From the NCBI GenBank assembly GCA_007124095.1, contig SLFU01000209.1, positions 1-59,253 on the forward strand: a DNA stretch of 59,253 nt, given 5' to 3'. The notes under the pieces were generated by a model. It was not told where the DNA came from, did not search any database, and worked only from the letters and a program-made list of their open reading frames with translations. Source of the stretch: Gemmatimonadota bacterium (GTDB lineage Bacteria > Gemmatimonadota > Gemmatimonadetes > Longimicrobiales > Gaopeijiaceae). Position numbers and translations under genes: made by a program. Positions 1 through 9,159 of the stretch are shown piece after piece (position 1 is the stretch's first letter; each line of letters starts with the position of its first letter).

Positions 1-1064
1 GGCCAGGGGTACGCGATCAGCGCGTCCATCGACTCGGGACCAACCTCCTCGACCTGCACACCGAGTCGCTTCCGGTGCAGGTCGAAGAGGTGCCGAATAA
101 GGTGAGGCACGTCCTCCATGCGCTCGCGCAGGGGAGGAAGATCGACCGTCATCACGGCAATCCGGTAGTACAGGTCCTCGCGGAACCGTCCCTCCTCGAC
201 TTCCTGTTCGAGCGATCGGTTCGTCGCGGCCACGATCCGAACATCCACCTTCCGGGTCCGCGTGTCGCCGACTCGACGAACCTCCCCCTCCTGAAGGACC
301 CTCAAGAGCTTCACCTGGAGGGATTCCGGAAGCTCGCCGACCTCATCGAGGAAGAGGGTCCCCCCGTCCGCGGCCTCGAAGAGGCCCTCGCGGTCCGCGT
401 CCGCGCCGGAGAAGGCGCCCCGCACGTGCCCGAAGAACTGCGACTCGAGAAGCCCCTCGGGGATCGCCCCGCAGTTGATGGGTACGAAGGGACGATCCGC
501 ACGATTGCTTTCCCGGTGGATCAAGCGGGCCAGGAGCTCCTTTCCGGTTCCTGTCGGCCCGGTGAGAAGGACGCTGATCGAATGCCGAGCCACCCGCGTG
601 GCAATGTCCAACGCTCGCACCATCCCCGGGGACCGAGCGATGATCTCGCCGAACTCGGTGTCCGCAGCCGGCTCCCTCGGCGACTCGGACCCGTCCTTCA
701 GGATCCGCTCCCGCTCCTCTACCTTCTTGAGCGTCATGAGGAGCTCCTCCGCCCCGAACGGCTTCGGGAGGAAGTCGGCCGCCCCCATCCGCACGGCCTC
801 GACGGCAAGGTCGGTCGTGCCATAGGCGGTCATGAGAATGACCGGGGCCACGCCCTTGGACTCCCGGTAGCGCTTGATGAAGCCCAATCCATCCAGCCCG
901 GGCATCCGCAGGTCCACCATCACGAGGTCGGGTGCGTTCTCCAACGCCTTCCGAAGACCCTCCTCGGCGTCGGCGGCGGAGCCGATCTCGTAGCCGGCGT
1001 CGTCGAGTATCAAGTCTAGGGAACGGCGGAGGCCGTCGTCGTCATCGATCACAAGAATCTTCAT
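1..1064 (-). CDS. sigma-54-dependent response regulator (NtrC/PilR-like); C-terminal HTH runs off the window
   Basis: Hand translation of the minus strand from ATG at 1064 gives [42 protein letters not shown] (receiver). This is followed by an AAA+ sigma-54 interaction domain: [18 protein letters not shown] Walker A, GAFSGA loop, [17 protein letters not shown]. The start overlaps the kinase stop as ATGA (1061-1064). It is absent from the ORF track because it is open at the window edge. Confidence 0.9.
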   Translation of the reverse strand, partial: MKILVIDDDDGLRRSLDLILDDAGYEIGSAADAEEGLRKALENAPDLVMVDLRMPGLDGLGFIKRYRESKGVAPVILMTAYGTTDLAVEAVRMGAADFLPKPFGAEELLMTLKKVEERERILKDGSESPREPAADTEFGEIIARSPGMVRALDIATRVARHSISVLLTGPTGTGKELLARLIHRESNRADRPFVPINCGAIPEGLLESQFFGHVRGAFSGADADREGLFEAADGGTLFLDEVGELPESLQVKLLRVLQEGEVRRVGDTRTRKVDVRIVAATNRSLEQEVEEGRFREDLYYRIAVMTVDLPPLRERMEDVPHLIRHLFDLHRKRLGVQVEEVGPESMDALIAYPW

Positions 1065-2365
1065 TGAGTCTCATCTCCCACGGCATCCTCCTCTGCTTCT
1101 GGCAATCGAACTGTGAAGCGGGCACCGCCCTCCGCCCGATTCTCTACTGCCACATCGCCTCCCAGATCCTCCACGATGCGAGCCGTGATCGCGAGCCCCA
1201 TCCCTGTTCCGTCTCCCGGTTCGCGAGTTGTGAAGAATGGATCGAAGAGGCGAGCCGACTCGTCCGGGGACACCCCGGGCCCATTGTCTTCCACCTCCAC
1301 AACCACGTCCCGGCCCCAATGTCGTCGCTCCGCCTTCCCGGAGAGCAGCCGGGGAATCCTCCTTCGATGGGAGTAGTCTACTCCCGGAGGATCCTCGGCT
1401 CTCCGGACCGCAAGGGCTCTCTGGGGTGCCGGAGCCGAGGTCAGCCGGATCTCCACCTGCGGATCTTCGTGTCCCTCCACCGCCCTGAGCGCGTTTAGGA
1501 GCAAGTTGAGGAGCACCTGCTCGAGGTGCTGGGGGAGGGCGCGGACAGAGTAGGTGTCCGAGTCCCCCGTCCGCCGAATCGTAACCCCGCCCAGGGCTCC
1601 GCGCCCGTCGAGCAGAGTCACGGCTCGATCCACCGCGTGATGGAGCGACACGATCGGATGCCTGCTGCCTCCATTCCCGCCCCTGGAGCCCGTCAGCTCG
1701 CCTCCCCGGTGAATCTCGGGCCGGGCGAAGTCCATCACACTCTTGATGATCCGGTCTATCCGGTGCGCCTCTTCGGCCGCCTCCTCCAGGAGGCGCGTCG
1801 GATTCTCTCCGTCCCGAGCTTTCCAGGTGGCAAAGTCCAGATATCCCATCAAAGCGCTCAGTGGGTTGCCCACCTCGTGGGCCAGTCCCGCCGCGAGGGT
1901 GCCCACCGACGCCAACCGAGCCGTCCGCACCAGCTCCTCCGTCGCCTCTACCAGGTCCTGATTCGTTTCATTCAACGATCGAATGTTCTGCGCGAGTGTC
2001 TCCTGGCCCGAAATCAAGTGCTCGGCCATGGTGTTCAGGTTCAGGATCAGTCGGTCCAGCTCCTCGATCCCTTCCAGCGGAATGCGGTGCTCATAGGCTC
2101 CTCCTGCGATGCTCTCCGCGTGCTTGCCGATCTCCTCCAATCGATCGAACAGCATCCGCTGGAGGAAGTGGCGCAGAAACAGGAAAAGTATGCTCAGATC
2201 CGCCACCACGATGATCGCGATGAAAAAGGCAACCTGCGCGGGTGACGTAAGAAGCGGCAGTGCGACGAGTACGGCGGCGACGACAACGAGGATCGCCCCG
2301 AGAACCAGCGCCGCCATCGAGAGGAAGAACTCCCGGCGGAGGGAGATCCGGCGAAGTGCCGACAT
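1061..2365 (-). CDS. sensor histidine kinase (2 TM, HAMP, HisKA, HATPase_c), PilS-like by context
   Basis: Track ORF 1061..2506. Motifs seen: H-box [12 protein letters not shown] and ATPase [36 protein letters not shown] prefer the start MSALRR at 2365, which has GGAGGG 9 nt upstream. The longer N-terminus would run through a 13-bp perfect hairpin and abut the pilin stop. Confidence 0.85.
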   Translation of the reverse strand: MSALRRISLRREFFLSMAALVLGAILVVVAAVLVALPLLTSPAQVAFFIAIIVVADLSILFLFLRHFLQRMLFDRLEEIGKHAESIAGGAYEHRIPLEGIEELDRLILNLNTMAEHLISGQETLAQNIRSLNETNQDLVEATEELVRTARLASVGTLAAGLAHEVGNPLSALMGYLDFATWKARDGENPTRLLEEAAEEAHRIDRIIKSVMDFARPEIHRGGELTGSRGGNGGSRHPIVSLHHAVDRAVTLLDGRGALGGVTIRRTGDSDTYSVRALPQHLEQVLLNLLLNALRAVEGHEDPQVEIRLTSAPAPQRALAVRRAEDPPGVDYSHRRRIPRLLSGKAERRHWGRDVVVEVEDNGPGVSPDESARLFDPFFTTREPGDGTGMGLAITARIVEDLGGDVAVENRAEGGARFTVRLPEAEEDAVGDETQ

Positions 2366-2411
2366 CAACCCATCCCTCCGGGCTCGGACCGGCCGCCGCA
2401 ATCCCGCGACG

Positions 2412-2447
2412 AAGGGGTGGGGCGCGAAACCCCTCGCCCCACCCCTT
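2412..2447 (-). terminator. perfect 13-bp GC-rich stem-loop between the pilin gene and the kinase gene (no U-tract)
   Basis: The plus strand reads AAGGGGTGGGGCG-cgaaacccct-CGCCCCACCCCTT, about 59 nt downstream of the pilin stop. It could act as a partial terminator or stabiliser that decouples high pilin expression from the regulators. No T-run follows it. Confidence 0.4.
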
Positions 2448-2505
2448 CCCGCTCCCGGATCCCCATACTCATGGGATTCCAATCCTCTCGAGATTCCAAA
2501 GGTCA

Positions 2506-2880
2506 TCAGCTCGGCGGACCGTCTGCGTCACACTCAATCACGCCTACCTCGGAATCGTATGAACACCCCCAACTCGTGCCGTTGTGGTTGGCGGTCGCGG
2601 TGTAGCTGGTCCCACCGTCACCCACGGTGACGGCAACTGTGACTCCCTCGCTCGCGTTGATGAGCGACTCATCACATCCGGTGTACTCAAACGGATTCTC
2701 GGAGTTGTCCTGCAGACACATCTCCATCGCGGTCCGAAGCTGATTCAGATCGGACTGCATCGAAGAAGCGTAGGCACGCTCACGTGTCTCACCGAACCTC
2801 GGGATCGCGATCGCGGCCAGAATTCCGATGATCACGACCACGATCAGCAGCTCGATCAGAGTGAAACCTTTTCTGTCCAT
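2506..2880 (-). CDS. pilA: type IV pilin (prepilin with N-methylation motif)
   Basis: Sequence MDRKG/FTLIELLIVVVIIGILAAIAIPRF has the class III signal (G-1, F+1, E+5) and C-terminal Cys residues. I trimmed the start from track ORF 2506..2988 to the ATG at 2880. Confidence 0.9.
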   Translation of the reverse strand: MDRKGFTLIELLIVVVIIGILAAIAIPRFGETRERAYASSMQSDLNQLRTAMEMCLQDNSENPFEYTGCDESLINASEGVTVAVTVGDGGTSYTATANHNGTSWGCSYDSEVGVIECDADGPPS

Positions 2881-2961
2881 GTTCCTGTCCTTTCCAAAAG
2901 GGATTCGAGAACGGTACGCGGCGAGTGAGCCTTTCGCTCGCCTCGGCCGCAAGAGTGATAT

Positions 2962-2977
2962 TGCAAGGCGCGCACCA
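2962..2977 (-). promoter_or_regulatory. sigma-54 (-24/-12) promoter for pilA
   Basis: The minus strand reads TGGTGCG-CGCC-TTGCA, against the consensus TGGCACG-N4-TTGCW. The invariant GG and GC are present at the correct spacing. It sits about 85 nt upstream of the pilA ATG, and sigma-54 activators are encoded directly downstream. Confidence 0.7.
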
Positions 2978-3137
2978 AGACTGCCCAAGGGGCCATAACA
3001 TTATGTAGATATTTGCCTTACATGTCCCACCATCGCGTCTCCTGACCGATTGCGCCCGAAGATCCCCTCGACTTTTGCAAGTCCTTTGCAGGATGAGAGA
3101 CTCCAGTACCGCGCCGGATGGGGCGGAGAGGCCCGCC

Positions 3138-3941
3138 TCAGCCGGGCGGGAGCTCCCAGGGGTCATGGTCCGGGGGGGTCCATCGGGGCGAGCGAGGTCT
3201 GAGGAGATTCGAGCGAAGGATGTGCCAGATCGCCGCCACCCCGTCCCTCCAACCAATCTTCTTTCCCTCTTCGTAGGAGCGTCCTCGATACGAGATCGGA
3301 ACCTCGTAGATCCGGGCTCCGGCCTGGGCGAGTCGAGCCGTGATCTCGGGCTCGATCCCAAACCGGTCCCGCGTGAGCGGGAGGGTCTCGAGCAGATCCC
3401 CACGGATTACCTTGTAGCAGGTTTCCATGTCGGTGAGGTTCAGATCAGTGAAGACGTTCGACAGGAGAGTCAGAAAGCGATTTCCGACATAATGCCAGAA
3501 GAGGTGGACGCGATGGGGGCCACCCAGGAAGCGGGAGCCGTAGACTGCGTCCGCCCACCCCTGGAGGATCGGGGCAAGGAGGTTTGGGATCTCCGCCGGA
3601 TCGTACTCGAGGTCCGCGTCCTGCACGACCACGATGTCCCCGGTGCACTCCCGGAAGCCCGAACGAAGGGCAGCCCCCTTTCCCCGATTCCGCTCATGCA
3701 AGATGAGCCTCTCGATCAATCCCTCCTTTTCGAGCTCGAGGAGGAGGGGACGTGTGCCGTCGGTCGAGCCGTCATCGATCACGAGGAGTTCCAACCGGAA
3801 TGGCAATGCCCGCACCGCGCGGATCAGGCGCTCCACGGTGTCGACTTCATCGTAGACCGGAACCACGACGGACACCCGCACCCGCCCCTCGACCGAATCG
3901 GGCCCGAGGGGAGACTCGGCTGGCGGGATACCTCCAATCAC
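3138..3941 (-). CDS. family 2 glycosyltransferase
   Basis: Motifs VSVVVPVYDE..LLVIDDGSTDGT..NRGKGAALRSG..VVVQDADLEYDP fit a GT-A fold with DxD. I propose the GTG start at 3941, which overlaps the upstream regulator stop as GTGA. The track start at 4049 would overlap that gene by more than 100 nt. Confidence 0.85.
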   Translation of the reverse strand: MIGGIPPAESPLGPDSVEGRVRVSVVVPVYDEVDTVERLIRAVRALPFRLELLVIDDGSTDGTRPLLLELEKEGLIERLILHERNRGKGAALRSGFRECTGDIVVVQDADLEYDPAEIPNLLAPILQGWADAVYGSRFLGGPHRVHLFWHYVGNRFLTLLSNVFTDLNLTDMETCYKVIRGDLLETLPLTRDRFGIEPEITARLAQAGARIYEVPISYRGRSYEEGKKIGWRDGVAAIWHILRSNLLRPRSPRWTPPDHDPWELPPG

Positions 3942-5308
3942 GAGTCTCCGAGACCGTAACGGTTGATCTTCCGGTACAGAGTGGATGGATCGATCCCGAG
4001 CACCTCCGCCGCACGACTCTTGTTCCCCCCTTCCGCCTCCAGAACCCAATGGATATATGCACGCTCGATCACCTCCATCGTGGGATTCTTCGAGTCGAAC
4101 GCATCGACGAGACCGGGGGGATCAACCTCCCGCACTCGCTCCGGGAGCGCCTCGACCTCGAGCGTGGGGCCGGAGGAGAGCACCGCAGCCCGTTCCAATG
4201 CGTTCTCCAGCTCCCGGACATTCCCGGGCCACCGGTAGTCGAGGAGGGCCTGTTCGGCCTCCTTGGATAACGTCCGGGGCGCCTTTCCGTCCTCGGCCAT
4301 CCGTTCCAGGAAGTGCCGAGCGAGCAAGGGAATGTCGTCCCTTCGGTCGCGGAGCGGAGGGAGCACGAGCGCGATTACGTTCAATCGGTAGAAGAGGTCG
4401 CTCCTGAACTCACCCTTCCGGATCTGCTCCTCCAGATCCCGATTGGTCGCCGCGATTATACGGACATCGATCGGCACGGCTTCGGTCGCCCCCACCGGAA
4501 TCACCTCCCGCTCCTGAATCGCCCGGAGCAGCTTGACCTGGGTCTGGGGCACGAGCTCACCGATCTCGTCCAGGAGGAACGTCCCTCCCCGTGCGGCGAC
4601 CAGGTGACCCTCCTTGTCCCGATCCGCACCGGTGAAGGAGCCCTTCACATGCCCGAAGAGCTCGCTGTCGAGAAGGGTTTCCGGGAGGGCTCCACAGTTG
4701 ATGGAGGCGAAGGGGCCCTCGCTCCGATCCGAGAGGGTGTGGATGTAGCGGGCCACCACCTCCTTTCCCGTCCCGCTCTCCCCACTGATCAGGACCGTCG
4801 AGTCGGTAGGAGCCACGGTGCGTGCCAACTCGAGGATCTCGGTGAAGCAGGAGCTCTGACCGATCGGCCGATCTCCGTGCCCCCGGGTGCGCCTCCGGAT
4901 CTCCTTCTTCAATGCCCGGTTCTCGACCCGGAGCGAACGCGCCTCGACGGCCCTCCGGCAGACAGCCAGGAGCTCGTCGTTCCCGAAGGGCTTCTGGAGG
5001 TAATGGTAGGCACCGGCATTCACAGCCTGGACGGCGGACTGCAGGGAGGCCTGAGCCGTCATCAGAATCACCATCATTTCCGGATCGACGTCCCGGGCCC
5101 GAGCGAGAATATCGAGCCCCGTGGCGCCCGGCATCCGGATGTCCGAGATCACCAGATCGGGCCGTTCCCGCTCCAGCGCCACCAGGCCATCCCTCCCCCC
5201 CAGCGCGACGGAGACCTCGTAGTCCTCCCGCCGGAGAAGGATCTCCAACGATTTCAGGATCCCGGCCTCGTCATCCACCAGGAGGATCTTGATGGGCCTA
5301 TCCGTCAT
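3938..5308 (-). CDS. sigma-54-dependent response regulator (receiver, AAA+, Fis-type HTH)
   Basis: Motifs ILLVDDE..ISDIRMPGATGL, GESGTGKEVVARYIH, GSFTGA, FLLDEIGEL, and C-terminal AAEVLGIDPSTLYRKI. Confidence 0.92.
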   Translation of the reverse strand: MTDRPIKILLVDDEAGILKSLEILLRREDYEVSVALGGRDGLVALERERPDLVISDIRMPGATGLDILARARDVDPEMMVILMTAQASLQSAVQAVNAGAYHYLQKPFGNDELLAVCRRAVEARSLRVENRALKKEIRRRTRGHGDRPIGQSSCFTEILELARTVAPTDSTVLISGESGTGKEVVARYIHTLSDRSEGPFASINCGALPETLLDSELFGHVKGSFTGADRDKEGHLVAARGGTFLLDEIGELVPQTQVKLLRAIQEREVIPVGATEAVPIDVRIIAATNRDLEEQIRKGEFRSDLFYRLNVIALVLPPLRDRRDDIPLLARHFLERMAEDGKAPRTLSKEAEQALLDYRWPGNVRELENALERAAVLSSGPTLEVEALPERVREVDPPGLVDAFDSKNPTMEVIERAYIHWVLEAEGGNKSRAAEVLGIDPSTLYRKINRYGLGDS

Positions 5309-5323
5309 AAGTGCCTCCGCACG

Positions 5324-7015
5324 TCATGGTTCCCGAGCTCCGCCCTGAATCGGCGATCCGGGGAGGTACATATTGAACTCCGCCCCTCCATCCCGGGGGC
5401 TTTCGGCGAGGATGACCCCACGGTGGGCCTCGACCGCACGATGGACGATGGTCAAGCCAAGCCCGGTCCCTCCCTGTCGGGTCGTGAAAAAGGGATCAAA
5501 GATGCGAGCAACCACATCGGGAGCCATACCGCATCCCTGATCGCTAATCCGGATTCGAACCGGGTCGGGAACCTCCACTCCGGCGGTCCCCGGTCGGCCC
5601 CGCAGATCCTCGGCCGTGAGTCGCACCGTCCCACCCTCCGGGGAAAACTGGACGGCATTGAGGAGCAGGTTGAAGAGGGCTCGGTGGAGGAGATCGCCGT
5701 CTGCGGGGATCATGAGCCGATCGGGGACCGGATCCAACGCGATCGCAACCCCCCGCCTCTCGGCATCCGGATGCTTTCTAACGACCGCCACGCACTCCAC
5801 GAGAAGTTCTTCCAGCTCCACTCCATCGACGCGGTTGACCTGGACCGAGGAGAACTCGATGAATTCGGAGAGGAGCCGGCTCAGTCGGTCGGACTCCCGC
5901 ACGACCATGGCGATCAGGGCGCGCCGATCTCCTTCCTCCAGGTCCGGTCCGGAGAACTGCTCCACCGCACTTCGGATGGAGGCCAGAGGATTGCGAATCT
6001 CGTGGGCCATCGCGGCGGAGAGCTGAGCCACCGCCTGCAGGCGATCGGTCCTCCGGTTCAATGCCTCGATCTTCTCCAGCCGGGTGATGTCCTGGAAGAT
6101 CGCAGTGACGACCCGATCTTCGCCTTCCGAATCGCGCACCGTCGTGCTTATCCCCAGGGTGACGCGATCTCCGTTCTGTGTCGCGATCGCCTCGTGCCTG
6201 CTCACGGTCACACCCTCTTCCAATCCGCGGCGGAGGCACTGGACGAGCTCCGGAGCACGGTCCTCGATTGCCTCGAGCACATTCCGTCCGCCGAGGTCGC
6301 GGCCGCTCCACGCCAACAGCCTTTCGGCCGCGGGATTCATATATGCTAGATGCCCACTGCGGTCCACGGTCAATACGCCCGCGCTGATCGTATCCAGGAT
6401 GTCCCCGGTGTCCAGCTTGAGCCGCTGCAGCTCGGACTCGACGGCGCCCAGCGCCATACCGGCCCTCCTCAATCGGTCTCCCAGAATCCCGGTTACGAGT
6501 GCCACAAGCGCGAAGAGCCCCATTTGAAGGAGGACGCTCGCGGAAAGCGTCTCCGCATGCCCCCAGAAGATGGCGGCGAAGTAGAGAATGGATGAGAGAG
6601 CTCCGATCAGGACCCCACCCGGAAGGGGCAGGAGAAGGGCCCCCTCGCTCACGACCAGGATGTAGAGCCACGCGAAGTTGCTCTCCCCGCCCCCGGTCAC
6701 GTGTACGATCCCCGTTACCAGGAGTACATCGAAGAGGACCTGGCCGTAGCGGAAGTTATGGCTCGGAGGCCTGGCCTGGACGTGGGAATGCCAGTACCCT
6801 CCCGCGGTGACCAGGAGAGCCGCGAGGAACATGACGGTGGCGAGAAAAGTCTGCTGGGGCTCCGCTTGCCCCCAGGCCCACAGCGCGCCGACCAGAATCC
6901 CAGAAACGAGGGTGAGGCGCCCCAGATACAGGAGTCGGAGGAGATCGGCGCGCGCGAGCTCCGCCACCCGCGCCCGGACACCGCGAAGCTTCCCGTCCTC
7001 CCGTGGCACGATCAA
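5324..7015 (-). CDS. membrane sensor histidine kinase (multi-TM N-terminus, PAS, HisKA, HATPase_c)
   Basis: The first ~170 aa are hydrophobic. A PAS-like region (ILDTISAGVLTVDRSGHLAYMNPAAERLL) follows, then H-box MAHEIRNPLASI and ATPase GGTGLGLTIVHRAVEAHRG. Confidence 0.9.
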   Translation of the reverse strand: MIVPREDGKLRGVRARVAELARADLLRLLYLGRLTLVSGILVGALWAWGQAEPQQTFLATVMFLAALLVTAGGYWHSHVQARPPSHNFRYGQVLFDVLLVTGIVHVTGGGESNFAWLYILVVSEGALLLPLPGGVLIGALSSILYFAAIFWGHAETLSASVLLQMGLFALVALVTGILGDRLRRAGMALGAVESELQRLKLDTGDILDTISAGVLTVDRSGHLAYMNPAAERLLAWSGRDLGGRNVLEAIEDRAPELVQCLRRGLEEGVTVSRHEAIATQNGDRVTLGISTTVRDSEGEDRVVTAIFQDITRLEKIEALNRRTDRLQAVAQLSAAMAHEIRNPLASIRSAVEQFSGPDLEEGDRRALIAMVVRESDRLSRLLSEFIEFSSVQVNRVDGVELEELLVECVAVVRKHPDAERRGVAIALDPVPDRLMIPADGDLLHRALFNLLLNAVQFSPEGGTVRLTAEDLRGRPGTAGVEVPDPVRIRISDQGCGMAPDVVARIFDPFFTTRQGGTGLGLTIVHRAVEAHRGVILAESPRDGGAEFNMYLPGSPIQGGAREP

Positions 7016-7031
7016 GGAATCACCCTCGGGG

Positions 7032-7604
7032 TCAGGGGGAGGGAGCCCGAAGAGCCGTGAGCTCTCCGATCAGGTCTCGAATCCGTCGGAGCTGCGTTTC
7101 CACCACCCTCAAGGCCTCTTCCCGCTCGGGATCCGATTCCGGCTCCATCAACATCAACTGCGTCTCGGCCAGCGCTGAAGTGAGCGGATTGTTGACGTCG
7201 TGGCGGATACGGGACACCTCCTCGAGGGAGTGCCGGAAGGAGAGAAGTGCCCTGGCCGTCCCCCCTTCTTCCATCCGCTCGAGAGTCGAGCCCCACCCCT
7301 CACGAAACCCAGGGGAGACCGGGACGACGGAGAAGCCATCGCCGTCATGGTCGACCAGGAGCAGCGCCCAGGCCCCGGACTCGCGGCCCAATCGGCTCAC
7401 CAGCTCATGGACGATCCCGGAATCGACCTCCGAGGGGACGAAGACCCAGCCGGGCTCGAGCGCCCTCCCTCCCTCACCGCCCGAGAGTAGCACCTCGGGC
7501 GAAGGCACTTCCCGCAGGCGACCCGAGGCCTGGAGGCATTTGCGGAGCGTGGAGAGATCCACTCCCTGGGGAGCGATGAGATATCGGGGTGTCGGATCAG
7601 GCAA
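7032..7604 (-). CDS. DHp-only protein (HisKA-like phosphoacceptor domain, no ATPase domain)
   Basis: The C-terminus SRIRHDVNNPLTSALAETQLMLME...LRRIRDLIGEL is a clear H-box/DHp domain. The ORF stops right after it, 16 nt before the kinase gene. The start is uncertain. I propose TTG at 7604 (GGAAGGA upstream), because the track start at 7913 overlaps the LysM gene. Confidence 0.6.
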   Translation of the reverse strand: MPDPTPRYLIAPQGVDLSTLRKCLQASGRLREVPSPEVLLSGGEGGRALEPGWVFVPSEVDSGIVHELVSRLGRESGAWALLLVDHDGDGFSVVPVSPGFREGWGSTLERMEEGGTARALLSFRHSLEEVSRIRHDVNNPLTSALAETQLMLMEPESDPEREEALRVVETQLRRIRDLIGELTALRAPSP

Positions 7605-7752
7605 GGTGTTCCTTCCGTGGGATGCCTCAGGGATGGAGACTTGCCCCGTCCGCCCTCCTGGATCCCCCTCCCCGGTGTTCAATGGCAGGTGACACCAGAA
7701 TCCGACGGACGATAGGCGGGTGCACGTTCCACCCCACTGCCGGGACAGGCCC

Positions 7753-9159
7753 CTATTGAGTAACCGGCACGCTGAGCGTCTGACCTGGATAAACCCGGCT
7801 GCTCCCGATCTGGTTCGCCGTCTGGATCTGCTCCACGGTGGTACCGTGTCGGTTCGCGATCGTCCAGAGCGATTCGCCCCGGCTGACGGTGTGCTGGACT
7901 GGGAGGGATCCACCGGATCCTCCCGGAATCACCAGGGACTGACCGATCAGAATCCGGGAACCTTGAATTCCATTCGCCGCTCGGACCCGATCCTCACTAA
8001 CCCCGTAACGCCGGGCAATCGTCCAGAGCGTTTCGCCCCTGGCCACCGTGTGGGTGGTCTCCGGGAGCTCCGCTCCCTCGATCCCGGCCGGAAGAGTCAA
8101 CTCGCGTCCCGCTAGAATCCGACTTCCGGACAAGCCGTTCGCACGGCGCAGAGCCTCCTCCCGGACCCCATAGCGTCGGGCGATCGACCAGAGCGTCTCG
8201 CCCCTGGCCACCGTGTGGGTCGCCGGCGTGACCGCTTCTCCATTTGTTGCACCCGCCGCCGGCGGATGCTCAGGAGAGTTGGCAGCCACGACATTCTCGC
8301 CGGCTCCGGTCGCTTCGGCGTCCGAGGGAGTGGACTCACCCGAAGCCACTGTGGTAACCACCTCGTACACGGGAATGCGCAACTCCTGGCCGACCAGGAT
8401 TCGGTCCCCCCTGATCCCGTTCTCCGATCGCAGCCGAGTCGTCGAAGCGCCGTACCTCGTGGCGATCGTGGAAAGCGTTTCTCCCCGCCGGACCCGGTGA
8501 GTCACCCAGCGACTCTCCATCTGCGGCCCATTCCCCAGCGCCGCGGCCATGGCGTTCGCATCCCCGGTCAGTCGGGCCAGATGCTGAGTGTAGGGCTGGG
8601 GATAGACCGCCAGGTGGTAATGTGGAGGGCGGCGCTCGTAGATTGCCTCGAGGACTCCCTGTCGCTCGAGGCTCATCAGGGTGGACTCCAGCCACTGACG
8701 ACAGGCGGCTCTTCCGCTCCTCCTGAGGTCGACCGCCATCCCCGTGGGGTGCACGGATCGTGAGGAGGCGTTCGGCGGCTGATTGGAGCGCGGCCGAGTC
8801 AAGCTGGTCACCACGAGCTTCTCTCCGCAGGCGGCTCGATACTGGCTGGCGAGGCGCTCCAGGAAGACCCTCACCTCCGGCCTCGTGTAGGGGAAGGACA
8901 CGTTGTGTATGTCCATGTCCCGGTTCGGAGCCACCGGGACGAGATACCCGTTCCGGACGAAGTCCCGGACCTGTTGGGGGGTCTGGAGATAGGTAAAGGC
9001 GTGCGCCCTCGCCTGGGCGTTCTGACGATCGAGGGACGCCGCGGATCCCCGCAGAGACTGGGCGTCGGCCGACTCGAACGAGATGACGAGCAACGCAAGA
9101 ACACTGGCGGCGACGAAAGGAAGGTGCGCCGGCGAAGGGCGCGTCGGAAGAAGCGTCAT
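7753..9159 (-). CDS. secreted LysM-repeat protein (4 LysM) with an N-terminal peptidase-M15/DUF5715-like domain
   Basis: A signal-like N-terminus is present. The central region contains SVHPTGMAVDL, consistent with an LAS/M15-type fold. Four repeats follow of the form H(T/R)V.RGE(T/S)LW(S/T)IA.R(Y/H)G.... Confidence 0.85.
   Translation of the reverse strand: MTLLPTRPSPAHLPFVAASVLALLVISFESADAQSLRGSAASLDRQNAQARAHAFTYLQTPQQVRDFVRNGYLVPVAPNRDMDIHNVSFPYTRPEVRVFLERLASQYRAACGEKLVVTSLTRPRSNQPPNASSRSVHPTGMAVDLRRSGRAACRQWLESTLMSLERQGVLEAIYERRPPHYHLAVYPQPYTQHLARLTGDANAMAAALGNGPQMESRWVTHRVRRGETLSTIATRYGASTTRLRSENGIRGDRILVGQELRIPVYEVVTTVASGESTPSDAEATGAGENVVAANSPEHPPAAGATNGEAVTPATHTVARGETLWSIARRYGVREEALRRANGLSGSRILAGRELTLPAGIEGAELPETTHTVARGETLWTIARRYGVSEDRVRAANGIQGSRILIGQSLVIPGGSGGSLPVQHTVSRGESLWTIANRHGTTVEQIQTANQIGSSRVYPGQTLSVPVTQ

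Noticed and set aside
75-1019. 314-aa plus-strand ORF covering the left end
   Set aside because: It is antisense to a clearly recognisable sigma-54 response regulator on the minus strand. Its translation is Arg/Pro/Gly/His-rich with no motif, which is typical of high-GC shadow ORFs.
4313-6349. 678-aa plus-strand ORF
   Set aside because: It is antisense to the response regulator (3938..5308) and kinase (5324..7015), and its sequence is low-complexity and motif-free. The same reasoning applies to 19087..21330(+), 22439..23776(+), 25237..26622(+), 27412..28845(+), 30586..32466(+), 16318..17700(-), 35954..37090(-), 47448..48401(-), 49547..50488(+) and the many shorter ORFs nested in annotated genes.
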